Below are positions 20,186 to 32,359 of a stretch of DNA of 64,000 nucleotides, piece after piece. Position 1 is the stretch's first letter; every line of letters begins with the position of its first letter. The notes beneath the pieces were generated by a model, which saw only the letters and a list, made by a program, of their open reading frames with translations, was not told the DNA's origin and made no database searches. Where the stretch lies: assembly GCF_011386835.1 (NCBI RefSeq), contig NC_088800.1:1178001-1242000 (forward strand), read 5' to 3'. This stretch comes from Chrysemys picta bellii. Lineage: Eukaryota. A program made the position numbers and the translations under genes.

Positions 20186-20539
20186 TCGGCCACTGCCCAG
20201 CCAAGGGACAAGCCTGAGAAGCAGCTGGTGGCAGAACGTGTCCTCATGAGCCCAGGCAGCCCGGCTGGAGAGGGCCACGCACGAGAGGAATGCGAGGAAC
20301 GCTGTCGCTGTCGCTGGCTGACGACTCTGCCTTGGATCACGTGCCGCCTTCTGGGGACAATGCAGCTGTGCGTGGCCATGCAGGCGTGGGGCACGCTGGG
20401 GACATGCAGGCGTGGGGCACATGCATGGTGGGAGGGTATTTATCGAGTTATGGAGGGATGGGAGGGTATTTATCGAGTTATTTCCAGGCCAGGGGACAAT
20501 AGCTGAAGAGCTTTGAAAGCTGATGCGATGCTGTGAATG

Positions 20540-20545
20540 AATAAA
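20540..20545 (+). terminator. MESP1 polyadenylation signal (AATAAA)
   Basis: AATAAA about 355 nt after the stop. Confidence 0.7.
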
Positions 20546-22520
20546 CCCATGTCTGTGATCTCCTGCCTCTTGCTGCCGTGGGGTCCGGGGGAGCGCAGGG
20601 AGGGAAGGGGGAGCTATGATGGATCAGCTGGCGTCTCCGCTTTGGCCTCCTAGCCAGAACTGGACCTGCCGCTTGGGAGGAGCTGCCCTGCTGTTAGGGC
20701 ACTGGGCTGGGAGCCCGGACTCCTGGGTTCTATTCCTGGCTTGGCCACTGAGCTCACGCCCCAGCGGTGGGATCCATGATAAGCCCCTGGGTGGGGGACA
20801 TTGTTTTGGTGTGGGGGCTTGTTGGGAGCTCCCTTTGCCTGGCCTCTGGGCCTCTGTCTCCCTCGGTCCCACTTGGGGAAGATGCCACGTGAGCCCTTTG
20901 CCTGCAGGAGGGATTGTGCGGGGGCTCTCCTGTGGTGGTGGGGGAGGACCCACGGTTCCCTTCCTCCCTCACATCCCTGTGACCCCATGAGACTGGCAGG
21001 GCGCACTGGGCCGGGGACCCACCATGCTGGGAAGCTCGAACCTGCCGTATGTGAGGTCCCTTGGCTGGCGCCCACGAGGAGCCCTGCCTCAGCTGTCTTG
21101 AGGAGCTGGGGAGGCCACTGCCCTGGTTGGGGGGGGATGGGGCCCCTGCTCTCCTCTGCCCTCTCCTGCATTCACCGGCCTGGGATTGTTCGGCACGGCC
21201 CCCACAATCCCAGCTCTGCAAGGGGCGTGAGGCACCCCTGTGCGGCGGCTGTCCTGCCTTCCCCGGGGCTGGGTGCCCCCAGCACATGGCCTGGCTACCT
21301 GGGCTCATTAAAGATCCCCTGGGGTGGGTGAGCTCAGCCCGTGTCCTGCCCCTGTTCCTGTGTGGCTCATTTCCCTCACTAGAGTCCATTGAATGCAGGA
21401 TGCTTCTGAGCTTCCTGTTCTAACATGCTGTGTCATTTTGCTGCCACATCCCACCCCAGAGGTGGCTGCATTTCCACAGGGGGTGAGTGATCCCAGTGTA
21501 TGGGCTGGCAAGCCCTTTGGGATAGACGGTGGGGTGGTAGTTACACATGATATCAAGGGCGACTCTGCGGTTCTGTGCCCGTTTATCTCACAGCTCTGAC
21601 CCCCTGTAGGAAAAGGGCTGTCGCAGGCCCAGCTCGCGGGGGAGAGACGGACATGACAGAAGAGGCTCAGGATTCAGCCCCAGATAAATAGATGGGGGTC
21701 CCATGACACCCGGACCCTGGGCAGAGCGGGGTCCCAGTTCGGAGCACTCTCCAATGCCCTGGCAGGGAAGGCGGGCTAGCTGCTGGGGCAGGGTGTGAAA
21801 CCTCCCAGTGCAGGAGGCAGCAGCCTGTGGGGTGGGTGGGAGGAAATTGGGGAAAGTGATCACAGCTGTTCTCTGGGGAGCCCCGCCCCCTGCAGGCAGT
21901 GGGGCAGCTGGCGTAAGGGGCTGGGCGAATCCCAGCCCATGGCTCTCGGCAGGTAACAGGGTCAGAGCCCAGGGGCTGCTTTCCTGAGAGCCCAGACTCT
22001 CCCCAGGGCCTGGCTCCGGCGTGGGGGCATCGCGGGGGTGGCGGGGAGCTCTGTGCTCAGGAATGGGGATGTGGGGCAGAGCGGGGCCTGTGGGGGTTGG
22101 GTCCAGGGCTCGGCTCTGTTAGGACCTGGCCTGCGCTGGCTCCTGACCCTGGCTCCCAGCATGGGGGTGGCCGTGGGGCGGCTCCGCTCCTGGGGGCTGG
22201 TCCTGGGGTGGCTGGGAGAGCCCATTACAGGGCTGGTGCTAATGAGGATTGACAGGGAGATGCTAATAGACCAGAGGAGGCTCCATCTCCTCCCCACCCC
22301 CAGGCTCTGGGGCAGGGGCTGGGCAGCTAATGAGCTCCACTTAGCTGTGAACTGACTTGCTAATAACATTAATTCCTTCTGCTGGGGACACGGCCTTTGA
22401 GATGCAAAACACCCCTGTTGTGCCAAGGCCTATCTCAGCACGGGCCGCGCTGCCCCCCAGGCCTGTGCTCCTCTGGGCACCATCGGGTCCCCCTTGGCCC
22501 GGGTTCAACGGCCAGTGGCC

Positions 22521-22660
22521 TGTCACGCACTTACAGGTCGTGCCCGCTCTTGGCCCCGTGGCGGGTGAGACAGCCCTTCTCGGGGGGCCACTCTCGGGGG
22601 GGTTAAACAACTCCACCTCTCTGAGCCTTAGCACATCTATCTCAGCCCGGGGGGCGTGGT
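22521..22660 (+). mobile_element. Truncated LTR fragment of the same family as 62963 onward
   Basis: Starts TGTCACG; shares cgtgccc(g/a)ctcttggccccgtg and cacctctctgagccttagcac with 62963-63120. Confidence 0.6.
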
Positions 22661-22685
22661 AGGAGCCTGTATAAGCAATAGACCC

Positions 22686-22730
22686 AAAAATCGGGACTGT
22701 CCCATCAAATCGGGACGTCTGGTCACCCTA
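22686..22730. mobile_element. hAT transposon end fragment
   Basis: Ends cgggacgtctggtcacccta (TAGGGTGACCAG-type TIR); partner TIR not found. Confidence 0.55.
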
Positions 22731-25427
22731 CTGCCAGGGGAGCACTGGGCGCAGATCTGTGAGTCTGGCAGCGATGGGGGGGGGGGCGTCCAGGCAGCCT
22801 CCGGAGGCCAAAGAATTGCTGTTGTGCATCTAGCCCTGCGCCACAGAGAGCTCAACAGACCAGCCTCGGCGTCCGGTCAGAGGCTCCTGCTGAAAGAGGC
22901 CAGGCTGCGCTGTGGCCGCAGAGGCCCTGCCAATTCGCCAGCAGCCCCTGGGCTGCTCCACCCCAGTGCCAGGTTCCACCAGCACCAGAGACAACCCTGG
23001 TGCTGCCGGGTGGGGAGACAGCCCAGCCAGAGGGGAATCCCGGGCGCAGGCCTACAGCTCACCCCACAGCCCTAAGGACCTGGTGCACCCCAGCCAGGGC
23101 CCCCGGCTGTCCTGTCCGCTTGGTCCCCATGGGCAGGGTCTGTACCTGGCACCTGGGCCCAAACGTCCCCAGACAGGGGGCGCTTCAGCCCCTCATCTGC
23201 CCAGGGCTTTGGCTGGAGGAGCTGGAGAGAGAGGCCAGCTGGGGTAGGGCTATCGTGCTTTGGGATGGGGAGCCAGCCAGGGGAGACAGGCTGCTTGGCA
23301 GGGTTGTGTGCCCCATGCCTGCCCCACTGTCCGGCAAGGGAGGCTGCCTGGACAGACCCCCGCACTCATGGCAGTTCTTGGTGGGAGTGCGTGTGTGTGT
23401 GAGAGCGTGGATGTGAGTGTGTGACTGGGCCTGTGATGCCGTGTTAGTGCACATGAATGAGTGTGTGTGTGTGGGTGTGTGTGTGACTGCATGGGACTCA
23501 GGGTTAATGCATGTCTGTGCATGAGTGCACGTGTGAGTGTGTGATGCTGTGTTAGTGCACGTCTGACTGGGAGTGCGTGAGTGCACCTGTGAGTGCGTGT
23601 GTGTGCGGGTGTGACTGCATGGGACTCAGGGTTAGACTGTGTGTGGGTGCCACATGGGGGATGGGGGAGCAAAGCCTTTTGAACACGAGTTTATTACATC
23701 AAGAAGCAACACGAGCTGTCAAGGGCATCTCATCGATCAGCTGCGTCAGCGCCCAGCGAGTCACGTGGGGGCAGATGGCAGAGGGACAGCAGCCCTGGGA
23801 CCGGTGGGACTGGAGTGCGAGGAGAGGCTGCCTGGGAGGTGGGCCACCGGCCGGCTCGCTGCCGCTAATACCGAAGGAGGCTCCGGACACCGAGTGGGAA
23901 CCAGCACCACCAGCTCCAGCCCACGCAGAGCAGGGCAGGCGCCCAGCGAGTGGGAGTTTGTGGCTGGAGGTGAGGAGGGCGGGCGGGTGGCTTGGGGCCC
24001 TGCTCCTTGTCCTCTGGGGCTTGGAGAGCTGTCTGCTGTTGTCCCAGCAGGGAGGGATGCATGGGGTAGGGGTAGGCTGGGCAGGCGTCCCCTTGCATGG
24101 GGTCTGGACAAGCCTGGGGGATGCGGATTGGTGCAGGCTGGGTGTGGGGGGCTGCACGGCCCCACCACTGCCTCAGTGGGTGTCTGGGTGGGACTGGCCA
24201 CGGGAGCGTCTCCCACTGGTAGCGAAAGCGCGGCTCCTGTCGAGAGGTCCCCTCCCCGGGTATTGCTGTGGGCAGGATGTGCCTGTGCCCCAGAGAGTGT
24301 GGCATAGGGCACGGACGCTGACCTGGCATATGGCTCACAGACCCCTGGGACCACGCCAGGCCCGTTGCCAGCCTGGGGCACGGGGGCTGGGAGCAGGAGC
24401 AGCACCTGCCTAGCTCAGCGGAGGCTGATTGCTGGTGACTCCACTATCCTCCACCCCCCTCGGGGGCCAGCCTGGGCCCCCTCCTGAGAGCTGCCCTAGA
24501 GCAGAGACTGGATGGGGGGTTCCCTGTTTAAGGGAGCTGCTGGGCCAGGGTTGCTGTGGGAGCAGCTCTCTGGCTGCGGCAGGGCGGGGAGGGTGAGGTG
24601 GGCTGTGTTCTGGAAGGTGGGACAGCTCCTGGCCCTCCCCTCGCTGGTGCCAGCTCCACGCTCCCCCCTCTGATCGTTAGCTGGAGCCCATCACTGCGGC
24701 GTCTGGGCTGCACATAAAGGCAGGACCAGGGAAGTCGGTGATAGTGGGGAGGGAGGAGAAGCTGTTCCTGGCCCTCCCGGGGGCCTGGTGGATCTTCAGG
24801 GAGAGCTCCACAGCCAGGGGCCTTGGCTGGCAGCGTGTCCCCCCCCCATCTGAGCTCCCAGCCCCCTCCAGGTTCCTGCTCCCCAGCCGGGGCGCTCTGG
24901 AGGCTGGCAGGAAATGTCCCCGGCCGGCCCCCAGCGCCAGCCACTCTCAGATCATTCAGGAGGCCGCTCCGAGAAGAGGAGCAGACACACAAATAGGGGA
25001 CTGCGTGTGGCAGCACCGAGCCGGGCCAGGCCCACTGCCAGGCTGGGGGACTGGGGTCCCGTGGGGGAGCTGCCCCTCTCGCTCCGGTGAGAGCCCCTGG
25101 GCCTGCAGCTCCCCCTCCTGCTGAGCTCAGCTGCCCCCGGCTCCAGGCCGACTGCACCAGTATGAGCAGGACCTCTTCATGCAGCCGCGCAAGGCTTCCC
25201 TGCCCTGCCGTGCCCAGGCCCTGCCAGGCTGTCTCTGCCCGGGGCTCAGCCCATACGGAGGTGCCCTGTGCAGTGCCAAGGATGTGCCTGGCCCCTGTGC
25301 CCATGGGCAGGGGGCTCTGTGTGGCGGGGAGTAGCCTCGGGGATCACACTCCCCAGGAGTGGGTGCTGACGCTGTCTGTCTGTCTGTCGCAGCAGGAGGA
25401 AGCCGGCTGGGCCCACGTGCCCCTGCG

Positions 25428-25961
25428 ATGAACGTCAGCCAGGGAGCGGGCATGGTACCCTGCAGCAGCCTCCTGCCCTCCGAGGGCGGCTGTGGGTGGG
25501 GCCCCTGGCCCAACGGGAGCGAGGGGGCCCTGCAGCTGCCCACCTTCTCCCCCGCCGCCAAGGCCCGCGTCATCCTCACCTTCGTGCTGCTCACCCTCTC
25601 GGCCGCTGGCAACCTGGCGGTGCTGTGGGCGGGCGCGGGCGGGCGGCGTGGGAAGCTCTCGCACGTCCGCGTGCTCCTGCTGCACCTGGCGGCGGCCGAC
25701 CTCCTGGTCACTTTCGTGGTGATGCCGCTGGACGCCGTCTGGAACATCACAGTGCAGTGGCGGGCAGGGGACCTGGCCTGCCGCCTCCTCATGTACCTCA
25801 AGCTGCTGGCCATGTACGCCTCGGCTTTCATCACCGTGGTGATCAGCCTGGACCGCCAGGCTGCCATCCTGCGCCCGCTGGCCATCGCCCAGGCCCACAG
25901 GAGGAACCGGCTCATGCTGTATGCGGCCTGGCTACTGAGTGCTGGGCTCTCCGTGCCCCAG
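25428..25961 (+). CDS. GNRHR2: GnRH receptor, non-mammalian tail-bearing type (chicken type III-like; naming varies), coding exon 1
   Basis: MNVSQ...LPTFSPAAKARV...SHVRVLLLHLAAADLLVTFVVMPLDAVWNITVQW...ISLDRQAAIL...LSVPQ|gtaccc (TM1-TM4). Confidence 0.92.
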
Positions 25962-26748
25962 GTACCCGCCGGTCCCCACCCCCCAGATACCCACTGCCCC
26001 TCCCGCCCCAGGTACCCGCTGGTCTCCACCCCCCAGATACCCGCTGCCCCTCCCGCCCCAGATACCCACTGTCCCTCCCCACCGCAGGTACCGCCCCGTT
26101 CTCCCCCCCACAGGTATCCGTCCCACAGCCCCTGCTGTCCCAGCCCTGGGCTCCCGCCCCGGTTCTGCCGAAGCCCCCTGAGCGGAGCAGAGACTGCTGG
26201 GCCAGTTAGCAATGGGTGGGGATCATGTGCTGTTAGCTCTGTGCAGAACGGGGGCCGCTGAGCCCCCCCAACTCATCTCACATGGAGGGGGCTCCTCACA
26301 CTGCACTGCTCCTCGCCCCACTGGCTGAAGGGGGCTCCCAGGAGCCTGCTGGGGCTGTGAGTCGGGCAGCAGCAGTGTGAGCTGGGGGGTGGGGTGTGAG
26401 GGGGGAGAGGTGGTGTGCGGGGGGCTGTCTGGGGGGGCTCCCTCATGAAAAAGCCATTCCTGGCAGCTCAGGTGGGCAGGGCGGACGCCCCCATCTCCCT
26501 GCGGCTCAGCTCACCCCACAGGGCGTGGGGGGGCTGGAACAGCCTCTTGTCCCCCGATGCCCAGGTCCCCAGCAGGCTAGCTTGGCCCACAAACGTCTGT
26601 GGTTCCAAGCGCTGGCCCTCCCCCGGGTGCTGGAGGGGTTGGGGGGCTGGCAGAGCCCGCTTCCTGTCTCGCTCGTGGCCCGGCTGGGTCGGGCGCGGGC
26701 CCATGCCGGGGTCCAGCTCCCCTCTCTCTCGCTCTGCTTTGCTTCCAG

Positions 26749-26953
26749 CTGTTCCTGTTCCACACAGTCACCATCCGCTCCCCGCAGACCTTCACCCAGT
26801 GCACCACGTGGGGCAGCTTCCCCCGGCGCTGGCACGAGACGGCCTACAACATGCTGGGCTTCGCCTGCCTCTTCCTCCTGCCGCTGCTCATCATGGTCTC
26901 CTGCTACTCCCGCATCCTGCTGGAGATCTCCCGGCGCATGGGCACCGGCCTCT
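26749..26953 (+). CDS. GNRHR2: GnRH receptor coding exon 2
   Basis: ttccag|CTG acceptor, T|gtgagt donor; 205 bp; LFLFHTV...FTQCTTWGSF...YNMLGFACLFLLPLLIMVSCYSRI (ECL2-TM5). Confidence 0.93.
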
Positions 26954-27386
26954 GTGAGTGGGCTGGCGCTAGCTGCAGGAGGCTGTGAGGTGGGCCTAGG
27001 GACACATGGGGCTGTGGAGAAGCTGGGGAGACCTGGGGGGTCCTGAGGCAGCTCTGGCTCATGCCGAGGGTTGGACCGGTCCCGAGTTCCAGACTCAGGC
27101 CCAAGGTCCCTGCCCCGAGGCTCGTCTGTGGGGCCCGGTTTCCCAGAGAGCCGGCTGCCCCGTGTGGGGCAGTGAAGTGAGCCTGGCCCTGGGGCTCACA
27201 GCTGGGCCCTCGTGGCCGGGGCTCCCTGCAGACGGCCGGTCCTCTCGGGAGATGCCACCGGCTAGCACGCTGAGTGGTGTGGGGCCGCGGGGGGCGGGGC
27301 CCTGGGCTTTGCCAGCTCCCCCCATGGCTAACGTGGCGTGTGGGGGCTGCGCCCCGCCCTGACAGCCCTGCTCCCTGTTGCTCTAG

Positions 27387-27847
27387 TCTCCAAGGAGGTG
27401 GCCCTGCGCCGCTCCACCAGCAACATCCCACGGGCACGGCTGCGTGTGCTGAAGCTGAGCCTGGTCATCGTCAGCTCCTTCGTCGTGTGCTGGACGCCCT
27501 ACTACCTGCTGGGCCTGTGGTACTGGTTCTGCCCCCGCGCCATGGAGGAGACCGTCTCCCAGTCCCTCACCCACGTCCTCTTCATCTTTGGCCTCCTCAA
27601 CGCCTGCCTGGACCCCCTCACCTACGGCCTCTTCACCATCCCCTTCCGCAGGGGGCTGGGGCACTGCTGCCGGGGGGGGCACGGAGCGGGGCCCGAGCCC
27701 TGTTCCCCGGCAACTGGATCCTCCCGCTGCTCCGCCACCTCCTTGCACGCCAAGCGGAGCACCACGACCACCCCGGCGCACGAGACGCCCGGAGCCCAGA
27801 GCCGACTGGGCAATGGGACCGGCAGCGTCGACAGCAGCTACCTGTGA
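27387..27847 (+). CDS. GNRHR2: GnRH receptor coding exon 3, including the cytoplasmic tail
   Basis: ctctag|TC acceptor; IPRARLRVLK...CWTPYYLLGLWYWF...NACLDPLTYGLF plus a ~70-aa tail, then TGA; 399 aa in total. Confidence 0.93.
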
Positions 27848-28084
27848 GGCCAGGGCCTGGCTGGGGCCCTGGGTAAAGCCCCGTGCCTGGATGGGCCGGG
27901 TTGGTGGACCCTGCCCTTGTGCCCAGCTCGGCCTGGAGCCGTGAGGGGTCAGTGTGCTGCTGGAGGAGACGGGCCCCTGGGGCTGACACTGAGGGGCAGG
28001 GCCAGCCAGGCATCTCCTTCTGCCCCTGGGCTTCTCATGCTCCTCACCGGACATGAGGAGTGGTGGAGCCCAAATCCACACTGC

Positions 28085-28880
28085 CGGGGCAGGGGCGTGG
28101 GGGCATTGGGAGAGCCGGGGCAGGGGTGTGGGGGGCACTGGGAGGGCAGGGGCGTGGGGGGCACTGGGAGAGCCGGGGCAGGGGCATGGAGGGCACTGGG
28201 AGAGCAGGGGCGTGGGGGGCACTGGGAGGGCAGGCGCATTGGGGGCACTGGGAGAGCCGGGGCAGGAGTGTGGGGTGCACTGGGAGGGCAGGGGCGTGGG
28301 GGGCACTGGGAGAGCCGGGGCAGGGGCGTGGGGGGCACTGGGAGAGCCGGGGCAGGAGTGTGGGGGCACTGGGAGGGCAGGGTTGTGGGGGGCACTGGGA
28401 GGGCAGGCGCATTGGGGGCACTGGGAGAGCCAGGGCAGGGGTGTGGGGTGCACTGGGAGGGCAGGGTTGTGGGGGGCACTGGGAGAGCCGAGGCAGGGGT
28501 GTGAGGGGCACTGGGAGGGCAGGGGCATGGGGGGCACTGGGAGGGCAGGGGCAGGGGCGTGGGGGGCATTGGGAGAGCCGGGGCAGGGGCGTGGAGGGCA
28601 CTGGGAGAGCAGGGGCATGGGGGGCACTGGGAGAGCTGGGGCAGGGGCGTGGGGGGCACTGGGAGAGCCGGGGCAGGGGTGTGGGGGGCACTGGGAGGGC
28701 AGGGGCGAGGGGGGCACTGGGAGAGCCGGGGCAGGGGTGTGGGGGGCACTGGGAGAGCAGGGGTGTGGGGGCATTGGGAGAGCCAGGGCAGGGGCGTGGG
28801 GGGCACTGGGAGAGCCGGGGCAGGGGTGTGGGGGGCACTGGGAGAGCCGGGGCGAGGGGGGCATTGGGAGAGCCGGGGCA
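28085..28880. repeat. G-rich 27-32-bp minisatellite just downstream of the GnRH receptor stop
   Basis: Unit ggggcaggggcgtggggggcactgggagagcc with shorter variants; source of the Gly/Pro-rich ORFs at 27917-29243. Confidence 0.92.
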
Positions 28881-30728
28881 GGCAGTGAGAGGAGCTGGAC
28901 CCACTCCAGGGTCTCTCGCTCCCTAGGATGGGGGATAGGGTGTGAGGCTGGACCCGAGCATGGCAGGCTGGGAGGAGGCCAAGTGGGACGTTTCCCGTCT
29001 GAGGTTATTTGGGGCCGACGATGGTGCTGGCTTCGCAGGGCTCCTGGAGTGAGTGGGCTGCCCCACCAGTGGAGACGCCTCCCTCGGCAGCAGCATCTGG
29101 GTGTTCAGTCTGGGCGTGCAGACTGCAGGCCTGGGAGCTGCTCTGGGGAGGGGCAGCCCCTCACTCCCTGGCAGGGGACCCCTGAGGGGATGGGGAGGGC
29201 TAAGCACCGTACCTGGAGCTTCCTCCACTGGCCTTGGGAATAATTCATCCTTCCTTCGTGTGGGGTGCTGGCTCTGCCTCCCCATCCCGTGTCCCCATGG
29301 GCCCTAGCTGAGGGCTGGCGCCACTGTCAGTGCAGGTGGGGCTGGATGGACACAGGGGTTGCCAGGACATTTGGCTCCGGCTCATGGGCTCTTGCCCACC
29401 TCTTAATCCTGGGAGCTTGTTCCCCTGGAAACTGGAGCCTCCCTGCTCTCGCTGAAGGTCGCTGCTCCCCAGCTCTTCACGGCTCCAGGGTCAGAGCCGT
29501 CTGCACACTGGGCAGGCCACGAGGCGCCCATCCTGGGGAGGGGAAAGCAGGCAGCCTGGGTTCCTGCCATCGGTAGCGTGGGATTTGGGGCAGTCTAGGA
29601 CCCACGGGGTGGTCAGGAATGGGGTCTTGGCTGGGCTGGGCTGGGCTGCCCCTGGAGCCGGGAGGTTCTGGACCCGGTTCCCTGTCCCCAGCACCCGGCA
29701 GGGCCTCACTCTGCTCTGGGATGGACCCCAAAGGGCCTGTCCCGGGGCGAGGGGCTGGAACATGGCCAGCTGGGTGCACAGCAGCGTGTGCGTCACCAGC
29801 CGGCTTTGCTGCATCTCCAGCCGGCACACCCAGCGCTCGCTGCTGGAGACCAGCTAATCCCGGGGGCCTTGGCAGAGATACCAGCAGGCAGAACCTTGCT
29901 CCGGGATCAGTGGCTCTGCCCGCCCTCTCCCCTTGTCCTTGCACCCCCGCTGGCCTGCTTGCCCCCGCTCCGCACAGGATGCAGGGCCAGGCTGAGTGAG
30001 TGGGAAGAGCCAGTCCTAGGCCATTAGCTCTGCCCAGCCCCCCTGGCCAGAATGTGTGTGTGAGAGCACCTTGCTGCAGGGCCAGGGAGGAGAGACGGGG
30101 ACGGGCAGGGGAATGGGTCGGCCATGGCGCATGTAGCCTGCTGCTTCCCCAGAAGGGCTGATGGGTGCAAGGAGGTGAGATTAGCAAGCGAACCACCCCC
30201 CTTCCTGGTGCCTCTGCCCCATCCCCTGCCCCCCAGGTGTCCAGGGAGCATGGGGACACACATCCCAATCTCCTCAGGCGGACTCAGGACTGAGGCTTCT
30301 GCAGCTCCTTGCTGGTGTTGGGTGCTGGGCCAGCAGAAGCCATGAGATCTAGGCTGGCAGGAGCTGGAGGGGGCACTCCTGGAGGTGGGGATGTGGAGCC
30401 TGGGTCAGTGTGGGTTCAGGGGACGTGCTACCCTGGGATTCCCAGGCAGTCTAGGTACCTTCTTCCATCTGCACTTGGTGTCCTGATCTCCTGGTGTGAT
30501 GCTGGCAGCCCAGCGCCAGCTCATGTCACGGTCCCCATGTCTCAGTGGGACTCCAAGTACGTAGCTGGGACCAGTCCGGCTCAGCTGGGTGTTCGTGTTG
30601 TTACAGTAGAGTGATAAGGGCGTGTTTGGTGTTCATACTATTGAATGCTGGTGAGTGGCTGCAGCATTAATCTCACGTCTAGCATCTGGCTCCCATGTCG
30701 TAAAGGAAAACTTGAGCCTTTGCATTGT

Positions 30729-30936
30729 GAGAACATCAGAACGGCCAGACTGGGTCAGACCAAAGGTCCCTCTAGGCCAGTGTCCTGTCTTCTGCCAATG
30801 CCAGGTGCCCCAGAGGGAATGAACAGAACAGGGAATCATCAAGTGACCCATCCCCTGTCGCCCATTCCCAGCTTCTGGCAAACAGAGACTAGGGACACCG
30901 TCCCTGCCCAGCCTGGCTAATAGCCATTGATGGACC
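30729..30936 (-). mobile_element. CR1 LINE 3' end (split by a solo LTR)
   Basis: agaacatcagaacggccagactgggtcagaccaaagg terminus as at 6091; resumes at 31821. Confidence 0.85.
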
Positions 30937-31820
30937 TGTGACGTTGCACTCCGTATGTTTTATGGAAATATACTTATGAGTGTGAATATGATGTAACTGG
31001 AATATGCTGTATGCAAAAGGGCTCTTGTAAGGTATCATAACAAATATATTCCTCCTATTTGTATGTATGTATCATTCTTGTATCTCAAACTAGAAATATG
31101 AAGTATAACCTGATACTGGAATCCATCTTAAATCTGGTACTTTTCCATTTAGCAGGAGGGCTGGGGACCCAGGGAGACAAAAGAGTCCCGCCTTGTGCCA
31201 AAGCTATAAAAGGGGGTGGAACAGGACAAAGGGGTGGCCAGTCATGAAAAAGCCCCTGTTTTCCACCTAAGATGCCTGCTGGAACTAACAAGGACTGTAC
31301 CAGGGGAAAGGATTGGGCCCAGATTAGGTAGGAGTCTAGTCTGTGAAAGAAGCTTATTGGAACATCTCTGAGGGTGAGATTTTACCTGTAATCAGTTTCT
31401 TAATGTATTAGGCTTAGACTTGTGTGTTTTTGCTTTATTTTGCTTGGTGACTTACTTTGTTCTGTCTATTATTACTTGAAACCACTTAAATCCTACTTTT
31501 TATACTTAACAAAATCGCTTTTGTTTATTAATGAACCCAGAGTAAGTGATTAATACCTGGGGGAGCAAATTGCTGTGCATATCTCTCTAGAGGGTGGACA
31601 ATTTATGAGTTTACCCTGCACAAGCTTTTACGAGCTGTTTTCACTTAAAGCCCGCAGCTTTGCGGATGTGGCCCAGACCCTGGGTCTGTGTTGCAGCAGG
31701 CTAGCATGTCTGGCTCAAGGGTTCTGGAAGTCCCAAACTGGCAGGGAAAATGGGCTCAGAGGTAATCTCAGCACATCAGGTGACAGTCCCAAGGAAGTCT
31801 CTCTGACCGAACCCGTTACA
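30937..31820. mobile_element. Solo LTR (884 bp) inserted into CR1
   Basis: TGTGACG...CGTTACA inverted termini; flanks GGACC (30932-30936) and GGATC (31821-31825) form a 5-bp TSD with one mismatch; CR1 is collinear across it. Confidence 0.82.
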
Positions 31821-32350
31821 GGATCTATCCTCCATGAACATATCTAGTTCTTTTTTGAATCCTGTTATAGTCTTGGCCTTCACAACATCCTCTGGCAAGG
31901 AGTTCCACAGGTTGACTGTGCATTGTGTGAAGAAATACTTCCTTTTATTTGTTTTAAACCTGCTGCCTATTAATTTCATTGGGTGACCTCTAGTTCTTGT
32001 GTTATGAGAACGAGTAAATAACATTTCCTTATTTACTTTCTCCACACCAGTCATGATTTTATAGACCTCTATCATATCCCCCCTTAGTCGTCTTTTTTCC
32101 AAGCTGAAAAGTTCCAGTTTTTTTAATCTCTCCTCAAACGGCAGCCATTCCACACCCCTCATAATTTTTGTTGCCCTTTTCTGAACCTTTTCCAATTCCA
32201 ACATATCTTTTTTGAGATGGGGCGACCACATCTGCACGCAGTATTCATGATGTGGGCGTACCAGGGATTTATATAGAGGCAATATGATATTTTCTGTCTT
32301 ACTATCTATCCCTTTCTTAATGATTCCCAACATTCTGTTCGCTTTTTTGG
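31821..32350 (-). mobile_element. CR1 LINE ORF2 3' portion
   Basis: Open frame [14 protein letters not shown]...[24 protein letters not shown]...[17 protein letters not shown]...NLWNSLP. Confidence 0.93.
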
Positions 32351-32359
32351 TGCCGCTTT

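Noticed and set aside
27383-29243. Gly/Trp-rich and Pro-rich ORFs up to 493 aa
   Set aside because: Products of the G-rich minisatellite, open on both strands
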